Shown here: positions 12,891 to 24,485 of the stretch, in pieces
How the letters are laid out: each line of letters opens with the position of its first letter
Numbering within the stretch: the stretch's first letter is position 1
Assembly (NCBI RefSeq): GCF_036588685.1
Contig: NC_086376.1
Span: forward strand, 79,525,630 to 79,589,629
Source: Mytilus trossulus
Taxonomy: Eukaryota
Length of the DNA stretch: 64,000 nt
Direction of reading: 5' to 3'
The notes under the pieces: model-generated
Database searches by the model: none
Told to the model about the DNA's origin: nothing
Seen by the model: only the letters and a program-made list of their open reading frames with translations
Program-made: the position numbers and the translations under genes

Positions 12891-13382
12891 ATAAAATTGA
12901 GAATGGAAATGGGGAATGTGTCAAAGAGACAACAACCCGACCAAATAAAAAAACAACAGCAGAAGGTCACCAACAGGTCTTCAATGTAGCGAGAAATTCC
13001 CGCACCCGGAGGCGTCCGTTAGCTGGCCCCTAAACAAATATAAACTAGTTCAGTGATAATGAACGCCATACTAATTTCCAAATTTACACAAGAAACTAAA
13101 ATTTAAATAATACAAGACTAACAAAGGCCAGAGGCTCCTGACTTGGGACAGGCGCAAAAATGTGGCGGGGTTAAACATGTTTGTGAGATCTCAACCCCCC
13201 CCTATACCTCTAACCAATGTAGAAAAGTAAAAGCATAACAATATGCACATTAAAATTCAGTTCAAAAGAAGTCTGAGTCTGATGTCAGAAGATGTAACCA
13301 AAGAAAATAAACAAAATGACAATAATACATAAATAACAACAGACTACTAGCAGTTAACTGACATGCCAGCTCCAGATTCAAT
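12891..13382 (-). mobile_element. Non-autonomous retroelement family A (about 490 bp) containing a twister ribozyme, inserted in the satellite
   Basis: Interrupts a satellite unit (GGGGAT...AGTCC); other 3' fragments in the window; no long TSD. Confidence 0.8.
13126..13215 (-). ncRNA. Twister ribozyme, type P3 (this copy lacks the conserved A of G-A-GGG)
   Basis: GGUUAGAGGU-AUA-G8-...-GUUU^AA-CCCC-GC-CACAUUUUUGCG-CCUG-UCCCAAGU-CAGG-A-GCCUCUGGCC; P2, P3 (10 bp), P4, P5 and both pseudoknots can be drawn. Confidence 0.65.
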
Positions 13383-14315
13383 AGTCCACTTAGCTGTGAA
13401 TGAATAGGGTACATTGTGAGTTTGATATTAATGAACATAGAGGAGGGGATAGAGTCCTTTCAACAGAGAATGAATTTAAGGGTGCATTGGAGATGGCAGC
13501 AGTGTACAAAGAGGAGGGTCGAGTTCATTCACCTGAGAATAAACAGGGTGCATTCGAGTTTGACAGTAGTGTAAATAGAGGAGGGGATATGCACAAATCA
13601 GCTGAGAATGAACATGCATAGTAGTTTGACAGTAGTGTAAAAAGAGGAGGGGATTGCATTAATTTAGCTGCAAAAGACTATGGTGACTATTGGAGTGTGA
13701 CAGCAGTCCTCATAAAGTAGGGGACAAAGTCAATTCAGCTGAGAATAAATAGGATTTATAGGAGTTTATTAGTAGTGAACATAGAGGAGGGGATATGATC
13801 CATTCATTTGAGAATGGAGAGGATGTAGTTGTAGTTTGACAGTAGTGTAAATAGAGGAGGGGATAGTGTTCATTTAGGTGGCAATAGCGTCCCTTTGGCT
13901 GAAAATGAATAGGGTGTATTGGAGATTGACTGTACTTACACAGAGGTAGCGATAGCATTCCTTTGGCTGAAAATGAATAGGGTGTATTGGAGATTGACTG
14001 TACTTACACAGAGGTGGGGATAGCACCCCTTTGGCTGAAAATGAATAGGGTGTATTGGAGATTGACTGTACTTTCATAGAGGTGGCGATAGCATCCCTTT
14101 GGCTGAAAATGAATAGGGTATATTGGAGATTGACTGTACTTACACAGAGGTAGCGATAGCATCCCTTTGCCTATTAATGAATAGGGTGTAATGGAGTTTG
14201 ACAGTAGTGTACACAGTAAAAGGGATAACATCCTCTCAGTTGAGAATGAATTGGTGTTGATGCTGAAAGTGTACAAATAGAAGGGGATACAGTCTATTCA
14301 GTTGAGAATGAATGA
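13383..14315 (+). repeat. Diverged continuation of the 67/68-bp satellite, with a homogenised 68-bp sub-array at about 13870-14190
   Basis: Units CTTTGGCTGAAAATGAATAGGGTGTATTGGAGATTGACTGTACTTACACAGAGG... recur at 68-bp spacing. Confidence 0.85.
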
Positions 14316-16375
14316 TTTCTTGTTTTTATTTCTGGGTTAAAAAGGAGTGGTATACTGAAACAATTTCCACTTCTAAAATGTAAAGAACAGATGTGTTTAA
14401 AACTTTTTTGCTTCAATCAATTTATTTTGAGAATATTTCTGCATAATGTACATGTAGTTGTTAAAAACAAACTGCTGCTTTGAGAATAATAATCATTAAC
14501 GTGTAACAGATTTTAATTTAAATCATAATTTAAATAAGATTTATGAATGTGAAGTTCTCAATATAAGTCTGTTTACATTTTTACAAACAGCTAAAGCTCC
14601 ATGGATCTAAATTATATTTACAGCCAGGTCCTTAGACTGTTGATGTAATGTTACTATGACTAACTTTTGGGACAGTGAAATAGAAAAACTTGACAATCAG
14701 ACAAACAAAAATATTTAAGGGGATAACTACCAGTCTACCGTATACATGGTCCAAATTTGTCCTGAATATTTAGAAGATATTTGCAACTGAACATTTATTC
14801 AATTGAATTGCAATCAATCAGCCTATTCTTGTTATGGATTTGAGTTTTGCAATGAGATATGTTGATCTTAGATTATAATAATGATGATTTTCAAATGAAA
14901 TTTAGTTCTTTGATAAAAATCTTTGTCAAAATTTCTCTGGCATGTCTGATATCAATACCTTAAGGTCACTCATCATTATATAAATTTAATTGTTTGAAAC
15001 TGCAATATGATGACTGAGGGATAATTGAGATACTAAAGACTAGCAAGATATTGGTTTGGCTTATCCTAAGAACTTACCAGTAAATACAATATGATCCACA
15101 GATAGAGCTGCTTTGAATTCTGTTGGTTCTATTACATTCAAAATAAGTATTGAATAATGTATTTATTTATTTTTATGGGCTAAAATCTTCTGCTTCTCTA
15201 TTACCTGTGAGTATTTATTTATTTATTTAATTGACTGAGTATTTCTCTCTTTCTCCAACAGTATGCACTGTTAATGGCCATGAAAAGAGCAAATCTAGTT
15301 ACAACAAGATATCAGTTAAATATAATTGCAATAAAAAACCTTACAGTTCTGCCTAGAGTTTCATAAACAATTCTAAGGTTACCAAGACATGAAATCTTTG
15401 CAAACCAAAATCAACTAATCATTCTGTAATTTGAGAATTAACCTTTTAGTGAAGTTTTATTACCCTTGTCATCGGTAATCAATAGTTGCTCAGAAGCCAT
15501 TTAGAGTGGTATACCATATATATTTTTGCAGTAATATTTCAAAGGTTTCATTATATCTTTAAGCTTTATCACCAAATCACAATGCTACAGCTGATGCAAT
15601 AGAGTATTCTATACAGATAATTTACTCTACTCTATCTTTGTCTTATTCGTGATGTGTAGGCGTTCTTAAAGTATTGGAAAAAAGAAAAACAACAAATAAT
15701 TGAATTTCCTTGGTGATAGACTAAGGAATATCGTCCTTGGATTACAGAAAGGTTGTCAACTGTGGAGAAGAAATCAATTTTGGTTTTCTTAACCTCAATT
15801 TTATTTGATAAATAAACTCCAAGGGAGAATTGGCATAACATTTAATTTCTTAAAAACAGAAAAGGCAACACTATTATGGAAAAACTGACAACAAAGTAAA
15901 ATAAATAATTTCACATCATACGCTAGAAGGAATGAAAAAAAAAAAAAAATCATGTTAAAAATGAAAAAGGGCAACAACCGGTAAATAATAACTGGTTAAT
16001 TAAGGCGAATTGGAATGGGACAACTATAATGTTTTGAATATTTATCAATTGAAAAAGGCAACAACAATTGGCTAATCTGATAATTTTCTACAAGATGCAA
16101 ATTGGAAAAGAGCAACAATGACATGGAAAAAGGTAACAACTGTAAGTCAGATAAATGAAAAAGAACAATAAAATTATGTCAAATGATAATCTGCAACAAA
16201 AACAGATTGAATATTGAAATGGATTAAAATTTTTGATTTTTCAGACTATCAGACAGTATTATAGTACTCTAAGCCTCACTAATTGTGGTTTAACTTAATA
16301 TCTTGAGTTCTTCAAACAGCTGAAACTCATGGTAATTTAATTTGGTCATCAAACAAAGTAATTTTAATAAAAAAA

Positions 16376-16685
16376 AACAAGAATGTGTCCACAGTACACG
16401 GATGCCCCACTCGCACTATCACTTTCTATGTTTACTGGACCGTGAAATTGGAATAAATTCTCTAATTTGGCATTAAAATTAGAATGATCTTATCAAAGGG
16501 AACATGTATACTAAGTTTCAAGTTGATTGGACTTCAACTTCATCAAAAACTACCTTGACCAAAAACTTTAACCTGAAGTGTAACAGACGGACGAACGAAC
16601 AGACGGACGGACGAACGAACGGACGAACAGACGCACACACCAGAAAACATAATGCCCCTCTACTATCGTAGGTGGGGCATAAAAA
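16376..16685 (-). mobile_element. Non-autonomous Helentron-like element (HINE / DINE-1-like, pearl/MgE/DTC84 type)
   Basis: Subterminal inverted repeats ATGCCCCAC (16402) / GTGGGGCAT (16672), partial IR at 16652, (GACG/GAAC)n microsatellite, terminal hairpin GTGT...ACAC, A/T-run boundaries. Confidence 0.85.
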
Positions 16686-16979
16686 TATAACAGATATTTC
16701 TTTTTTACAGCCAGGAAGTTGGTAGTTCCATCAGTTACAAATGTGTCCAAAAATTTGAAAAGAAAGAAGTATAAGAGTAACAAATTGGTAACAGTATCCA
16801 ATCATTTGTTAATGGCAGTTTGAACAGCGGTATAACTACTGTTGTCTTTATTCAATTTCTAAAATCATGTCTGGTAACTTTTAAAGATATCTAGTCCATG
16901 TGTTACAAACTTTGTCCAGCCATTTTTGAATGGAAGATAGCACTTAGGTACCAGCTACTTCATACAATAATTTATTAAT

Positions 16980-17195
16980 TACTAAGGCTTTTTTACCATT
17001 AGGAATAGATTACCTTATCTGTATTTGGCCAAATTTTAAGGAATTTTTGGTCCTCAATGCACTTTCACTTGGTTCTTTATTGGGCCTTTTTCAACATTTT
17101 GGGTTTGAGCGTCACTCAGATGAGTCTTTTGTAGAAAAAACCGTGGTGCAAATATAAAATTTAAAAATCCTGGTATCTAAAATGAGTTTATTCAT
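16980..17195 (+). mobile_element. Decayed hammerhead-ribozyme-bearing repeat (retrozyme-like relic)
   Basis: GCGTCA CTCAGATGA GTCT TTTGT AGA AAAAA CCG TGGTGC: stem I still pairs, core disrupted; related 3' fragment at about 23108-23160. Confidence 0.55.
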
Positions 17196-18139
17196 TATGA
17201 TTTAGGAAAACAGAAAGTTGACCATATACACACACTGTTTATAGATTTGATACACAGACCACAGTCTCACCACTATGACAACTTGCCAACAAAATGTTTC
17301 TTATCAGATATTTGTCTATGTGATACAACAAAATAATTCATACTTTAAAAACAAAACCCTGCATGCTGAAAAAAAGTCTATGGGATTTAAATTCCTGTAA
17401 TACTTAGATTTGCCACAAATAGAAACAAGGTTGATAAACTATTCAATTTTTAATTTGCATTCCATTATATACTTGCCTTCCTTCTTTAATTACTTTCCAG
17501 ATAAGAAAATTTTATGATAAACATGAAATTCATTTTTTTTCAAGCGATTGAACATGAATATATAAAGATGAATTATGAACTTCTAGATAAGTATGATATC
17601 ACACAATTCTGACATTATTATGCCAGCTTTAGGCAATATTTAATATTTATAACATGGAACGTGAAATCAATCATCTCCAAAACAGAATTTAATTGATCTT
17701 TCCATAACATTCTTTTTCACAGTTATTTTTTATTATGCTTCATCCTTAGTGTATTAAGGCTTTGTCCCAACTATATATTTGATCTTGGCAACTAGAAATC
17801 AACAATCAATCAACCCTGAATTGCTTGTATAAGAAACACCCAGTTAAAACATGATTGGATGTAATTCTCATTAACACCAAGATATCAGGGCTAATGCAAA
17901 AGGAAAGACTTAAATAATTTAGGAGACTGGGGTCTTTTGATAATTTGATCCTATTTGAGGTAAAGCATTATAAATGTAGGTTATCCCATTACATTTAATG
18001 AGGTCTTCAGGTTGGTGTAAATTGTTATGAATTCAGAAGTAACACTGAGAGCATATGATTACAGGAAACTATCCAATATTATGGCAACAATAATTTCACC
18101 TTTGCATAATCCAGTAAATCACTATGGTTTAAAGCTCTC

Positions 18140-19110
18140 CTAAAATTTAGATACTTGATTACAAAATTGTATGTTTGGGCTCCTGCAATTTTATCAAAAA
18201 AAATCTTTCTAAGTCAATGTTTTGCCCTTTTGAGATTTGAATCCAAGTGTTTGTGCTTATTAATAGTCTCCTATTTAAAATTGTATGTTTGGTCTCAAAA
18301 GATTTTATTTTAAATCATATGCTCATGTCCCTGGAGCTTTGATTATAAAATTGTCTGTTAGGTTGCTTGAGATTTTATTGCACAATTTTAATTTTGTTCT
18401 CCTGAGATTTGATTATACAACTGCATGTTTAGGTCCCCTAGGATTTGATAATAAAACTGTGTGTTTAGTCTCCGGAGATTTGACTGCAAAATTGTATGAT
18501 TGGTCTCTTTAGATTTGACTACAAAATTGAATGTTTCCCCTGCAAAATGTTCCATGGTTGACAATGCTTAACCATGGTTTTATCATGTTTTGTTAAATGA
18601 GACATGGTCAACCATGTGACCATGGTCAACTATATGACTATGACCATGGTCAACCATGTTTTGTGGCAGTGGTTAACCATGTTTTTTGACAGTGGTTATA
18701 AACCATGGTTGACCACTGCCATAAACCATGGTTTGGTCATATGGTTCCATATTGGTGTTTCATTTATCAAAAAGGATAACATTGGTTAGCCATGCTTTTG
18801 ACCATGGTTGATAATTGGAAATCATGGTCAGTATAATGACCATGGTTGACTCTGGTTGACCATGGTCTAACCATTATCAAAAGCATGGATAACCATTGTC
18901 AACCATGGTCAAAAGTTTGAATGACCATTGTCAACCATTCATTGACCATGGTCGACCATAGGTGTCCTCTATAGTTGATTTATCCATGGTTGACCATGGT
19001 TGACCCAAGTTTCCTAGGGGTTGGTCTCTTGAGATTTGATTACAAAATTGTATGTTTGGTTGCTTGATATAGAGGTTTGATTACAGAATTGTATATTGTG
19101 TCTTTAGAGA
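18140..19110 (+). repeat. Degenerate 35-36-bp minisatellite (GAGATTTGATTACAAAATTGTATGTTTGGTCTCCT)n
   Basis: Repeated units at 18140-18535, resuming at 19021 after an insertion. Confidence 0.75.
18537..19020. mobile_element. MITE-like element with CCCCT/AGGGG termini, built from palindromic ACCATGGT/GGTTGACC repeats
   Basis: Interrupts a minisatellite unit with an apparent TT duplication; many CCATGG palindromes; small relic at about 62560-62640. Confidence 0.7.
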
Positions 19111-21774
19111 TTTATTTAAGGTCTTGATAGTACAGAACATTAGAAGACAACAAACATACCATATAAACATGTTATAAATAATCAATTGGCATATCAAAAC
19201 ATTATGTAGTTTCTAGATACTCTTCATTTCTTTCTCATTATTTATAAGCATATCACTGTGACTGACCCTTAAAGGAACAAAGCTCATCAATGTATTACAA
19301 CTCATATTTAAAATATAAATAAAATTATTAAGTAATGACATTTTTTTACCAATTTGATTGGCATCATTTGAAGACTTTTTTTATTCTTTCATGTCGTCTC
19401 GGTACTAGAACTGCTTCTGTATCATTGTCTTTCACCAAATGCAATTTCCTTTTCCTGTGCATGTAGGCGGAGAAGATAGGTTTTTCCACATCTTTTGTGT
19501 TTATTCATTTATATCTAAGCTGTATACTTATTTTAACTTGGATGCCATGAACTATAACTAAAATGAATCCATTAAGATGTAATAAAACCCAGAAGATTAT
19601 GTTTCTTTTACAGCTTGTAAACTGGACCATTAAATATGCAATTAGGAAATAAAAACATGTGTATAGATGGAGAAATAGAAAGAAATTACTGAAGCAAATT
19701 CTACAAGATCATTACATATAACCTTTTGTTAGAATTCAAGTGATGAAAATTTAAATTCACATGCAACCACATCAGTGAAAAGGAAGGTTGTATCAAATAA
19801 TAAATATCTATATCGTAATTTAACTATTATTGACAGAAGCTATTTTTGTTTGTTACATGTACTTTTCTGCATGCAAGACCATGTTTAAAATAGGATCTGT
19901 ATTAGGTAAAAAAAAAGTCTATAAATAGTTTAAGGCTTGCCTTTTGAGAATTCATTAATACTTAAAGGTGAGGAACAGATCATGGCCACAGTTTCATTCC
20001 CTTCTTTGTTAGCCAAGGATTTCAATTTAGTCCTCTTCTCTCCTTGGTTAAAGGGAACAAGATCCTTATCCTTGGCTTGCAAAGAAGGAACGTTCCATGA
20101 TAGATGTTCACTGGGATCAATAGTTTCCAGGAACACATCATGCCAAGACTTCATCAGGAACACTCTGACAAAAAAGTGCATTAAGATGCAAAAGAAAAGA
20201 CATATATGGATTATCAATTAATATCAAAAGATCACAATGTGCACATTTAATAAAAGAAGCAAGAAAACAGTCAGAAAATAAAATAGGAACATTCAGAACC
20301 AAATGCTCCGTGGGGTCACGTGTCAGGAGCCAAAAGTCAGCAAATATTCTTGGCAAAAATTTCACAGATGGCTCTTAAGTGAAGTTCCAGCCAGAACATT
20401 CTGACAACCAATGTTGGCAACAACATTAATGAGTAAAAATTCACAAAGAATAGTTAGTTCCGAGTCAAAAATTAACTGGGTCATGAGTACCTATATGAAC
20501 ACTATGAGCCAAAATTTCTCTGGAACACTGTGAGTCAAAAAGTCAACTAAGAATACTTTAAGCCAAATGTACCTTCATGACTGAATGAGCTAAAAGGTCC
20601 AGAAGGAATACTTTGTATAATGATCCAAAAGTTTAAGAGGCACACTTCCATGAAATAGCAATTGCAACTAAAACACACACATGTTAGGAATATTGTTCAA
20701 AGTCATGAAAGCCAAAATACATTGAAATTCGGTTTGGAAGCTGTCATTTGTTTACTGAGAATTGTTTCAATATATATTTTCTTAAACTGATAAACACTTC
20801 TAAATTACACTAACTCAGACAGAAATTGGGATTTTATAAACAGCCATTTTTTAACCTGTCAAATGTTCAAGACTGTACACCTGCTTTAGATTTTCATACT
20901 CAAACTGGTTACGTACAACACATGCAATAACAGTAATATTAAACTTGATTGTCAATTAATCATACAGCAATTCTAGGTTATCTTAAACTTTTATGTTTTG
21001 TAAAAAAAAAATGGTTTAAACTTTAAGTTAACTCTACTATATATATGTACTGCAAAACTAGTGATAATGAAAGCCAGAAAAACTCATCTGCTGGTAAAAC
21101 AGTAAAAAGCTCATTGAAACTGAGTTACTGTAAAAGATGGACATATGTTGACTCCTGTAGTCTTTTAGCTATTTGTGTTATTTCAACTCTGATCCATACA
21201 TGTAGACGAAGATATGTCAATGTTCTTGGAAACATTCATGTTTTTTTTAAATCACTTTTTATCAAATATAATCTAACTTGTGAATAATGATTGTTAACAC
21301 AACAATTTCTTTCATTATACAATTATGTAAGTGCTTATCTATGATTGTGTTCCAGCAATCCATCTCCTAAATTACACTCAACAAAATTTATGTAATACAT
21401 GCATTTGGCATGCATCAAACTATACAGCACACATGTATGCCTTTACTTCAAATGTAAAAGTTTGTTTGATATCTGCACAAAAATTTGATTGTTTTATCGT
21501 TTTTTCATAGACATTAAAATGTCTGAGGGATTTGTGAAGAATTACTCAAGTTGGATTTTGATATATATATACAGGTTCTGGTGTGAACTGCTCTGTTCTT
21601 TTGTGAAGTATTACAAATTGAAAACATGCTAGAATTTGAAAGACTTATTTCATGCCATTTTATCATGATTTCAACAATATAATTTGTTTAGAACTTAAAG
21701 GCTAAAAGTAAACATATAATTACAAAATATCCAAAGATATCGGACAAAGTTCTGACACATTAGAACATTAGTCT

Positions 21775-22608
21775 CTGATGCATGATTTTTTTATTATTAA
21801 TTGGTTTTGGCTTTTAACTAGCTGTCAGTAACTGCGAGTACTCTCAAATTGTATTTTCTTATTAATTCGACCTGTTGATACTGTTTATAATGCTTTTTTG
21901 TTATTTTCTATTTACATGGATCTTGTCTGTACACCAGCTTTGATTATTTGTAATATCTTCAATTTTTCACTTATTCTTACAACATTTGTATAAACTTCAA
22001 GATTATAAAAAAACGTTTTTTTTCTAAAGTGAATATTGATTGGTTAAATATTTCTCAGAGATGTCCTGTGTTTGAATTTGTTTGTTAGCTTTTTGGTCAT
22101 GAATGTTTGTCTCTAATATTTAATTAACTGTGCATTTGTATTCAGATATCACAGATCAAATTTATTCGTTCATTGTGTAATCATACGTTTTTTTATTGAG
22201 TTTTAAGTCTGCCAATTGATATTTTATCATATGTTTTTCTATGTTGTGATGTTATGCTATTGTTTCAGAAAAAGGGAGAAGGTTTGGATCCATTAAAACG
22301 TTTAATCCCGCTGCAAATGTTTGCACCTGTCCTAAGTCAGGAATCTGATGTACAGTAGTTGTCGTTTGTTTATGTAATATATACGTGTTTCTCGTTTCTC
22401 GTTTTGTTTATATAGATTAGACCGTTGGTTTTCCCGTTTGACTGGTTTTACACTAGTAATTTTGGGGCCCTTTATAGCTTGTTGTTCGGTGTGAGCCAAG
22501 GCTCCGTGTTAAAGGCCGTACTTTAACCTATAATGGTTTACTTTTTAAATTGTTATTTGGATGGAGAGTTGTCTCATTGGCACTCACACCACATCTTCCT
22601 ATATCTAT
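21775..22608 (+). mobile_element. Non-autonomous retroelement family B (about 830 bp) containing a twister ribozyme
   Basis: Longest copy of a family with at least six 5'-truncated fragments in this window sharing the 3' end GTTGTCTCATTGGCA...CACATCTTC. Confidence 0.8.
22257..22358 (+). ncRNA. Twister ribozyme, type P3, apparently intact; predicted cleavage U22303^A22304
   Basis: P3 CUAUUGU-U-UCAGA / UCUGA-UGU-ACAGUAG; P2 GGGA(22274)/UCCC(22306); conserved GA(22278); T1 AGG(22280)/CCU(22331); U^AA; T2 GC/GU; P5 UGCAAA/UUUGCA; P4 CCUG/CAGG closing loop UCCUAAGU. Confidence 0.8.
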
Positions 22609-23024
22609 GTATGTTGTTTTTGCTTCAAATGACATTGGCCACAAAAATCAGAGACTACTGTGATTTTTTGTTAGGATGTGCATCTGATCCATATACATCA
22701 GTATAACAAATTTATTAAGGATGAAGACAGAACTACAGTCTATTTTGTTGAAGTTTATCAGTTTTTGGATCATTATTATAGGTTTTAAAAGTTCTATTTA
22801 AGTGCAAAAACACTAAATCAACTTAAAACATAATCAATATGTGTGTTTCTCCATACATGAAATTGGGAGACAAACTTTTTAATGTGTGAAATTTGTATAA
22901 CTTTACACTAAGTGGGGCATTTATCCAAGAATTAGTTGTTGAAAAAAAGAAAGTTCACTATAATCCAAGTCATGTCATAACAATAACAGTTTCTAAGAAC
23001 ATAGCACTTTAAAACAATAAGTCC

Positions 23025-23725
23025 ATATCAGGCAATGTTTATCACATCTTTCCATTTAAGACAATATTTATCATACTTTGTTGTTTAAGGCAATGTTTAT
23101 CACACATCACGCTTCTGGCGTACTATTAAAATTATAATCCTGGTACCTTTGATAACTATTATAAGGCAATGTTTATCAAAAATTGTCATTGAAGGCAATA
23201 TTTATAGTACTTTGTCATTTAAGAAAATGTTTACTGCACCTTGTTTTTAAGGCAATATTTACTGCATCTTCTCCTTATAAGCAATGTTCATTGCACCTAA
23301 GTGTCATTTAAGAAAATGTTTACTGCACCTTGTTTTTAAGGCAATGTTTACTGCATCTTGTCCTTATAAGCAATGTTCATTGCACCTAAGTGTCATTTAA
23401 GGCAATATTTATGGCACCTTTTCATTTAAGGCAATATTTATTGCACCTTGTTATTTTAGACAAAAAATATTGCACCAAGTGTCATTTAAGGCAATAAATA
23501 TTGCACCTTGTCATTTTAGGCAATATTTATTGCACCTTGTTATTTAAGACAAAAAATATTGCACCAAGTGTCATTTAAGGCAATATTTATTGCACCTTGT
23601 CATTTAAGGCAATGAATATTGCACCTTGTCTTATAAGGCAATGTTAACTTACTGCCTCTTGTCATATAAGGCAATGCTTACTGCCTCTTGTCTGTATAAG
23701 GCATTATGTTTAATTGCTCCTTGTC
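23025..23725 (+). repeat. 29-31-bp minisatellite (CATTTAAGGCAATATTTATTGCACCTTGT)n
   Basis: Tandem degenerate units, each with an internal GCAAT...ATTGC inverted repeat. Confidence 0.9.
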
Positions 23726-24274
23726 AGACCTAGCTGAAACTGTAAACTAGCTAAACTTCAAGTCATTAAAACATTGTACCCTGAGGACCAAACAAATCTT
23801 TATCCATTACAACTGATTACTAAAGCTTTTTAATCTTTATCAGGGTGAAACATTCTTAGTATAAAGATTTGTAATTTGGTAAATTAAAATCTGCACTTAC
23901 AATTATTGGAAATCTGAATCTGACAATATATATAGAGGTAGTTTCATATTGCCAAAGTCTAACATGATTTCTAACTGCAAACTGAGATTTTGATTATATG
24001 GTTTGATAAATTTCATTACATAATCCTTACGCAAGGACAGGACATGTCAGTCCAACAATTTTCCTAACAATCCTACTGGTAGTAGAAATAGTATATAGCG
24101 CTATGATAAAAGCTAAATTTACATGCAAGAAAACTTTTCATTCTTTAGGGAAAATTGGTTTCTATATAAGATAGACCACGATTTGTTCAGAGCAATTCCG
24201 AGCTAATGACAAATCTCTACTGCACCATCTTAGATATTCAGTCTATCCCTCCTTAATTAATCTTACATTCGAAA

Positions 24275-24485
24275 TATTGTACTTTTTTTTAAGGGTACTT
24301 ATTTTTCGCGAATTGTGTATTTCAAGCACGTTTGCTTGTATTTATTTTCGCAATTTTATAAGTATTGCCTTTCAGTTAAAAGGTTTGATTTGGATTCAAC
24401 GGTAGTAATTTTATTTTTGCGCTAATAAACCAATTGTGAAATTCATGAAAATAAATACACCGCGAAAATAAAAACAATTACAATA
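24275..24485. mobile_element. MITE relic with TA ends
   Basis: TATTGTA...TACAATA termini with inverted TATTTTCGC/GCGAAAATA subrepeats. Confidence 0.55.

Noticed and set aside
16701-16790. Plus-strand acceptor/donor pair suggesting an antisense exon
   Set aside because: Isolated, adjacent to a transposon end, and no consistent plus-strand gene model
19930-20365. Three overlapping ORFs on both strands
   Set aside because: They partly overlap a degenerate repeat, the acceptor choice is ambiguous and there is no recognisable domain; a small exon cannot be excluded
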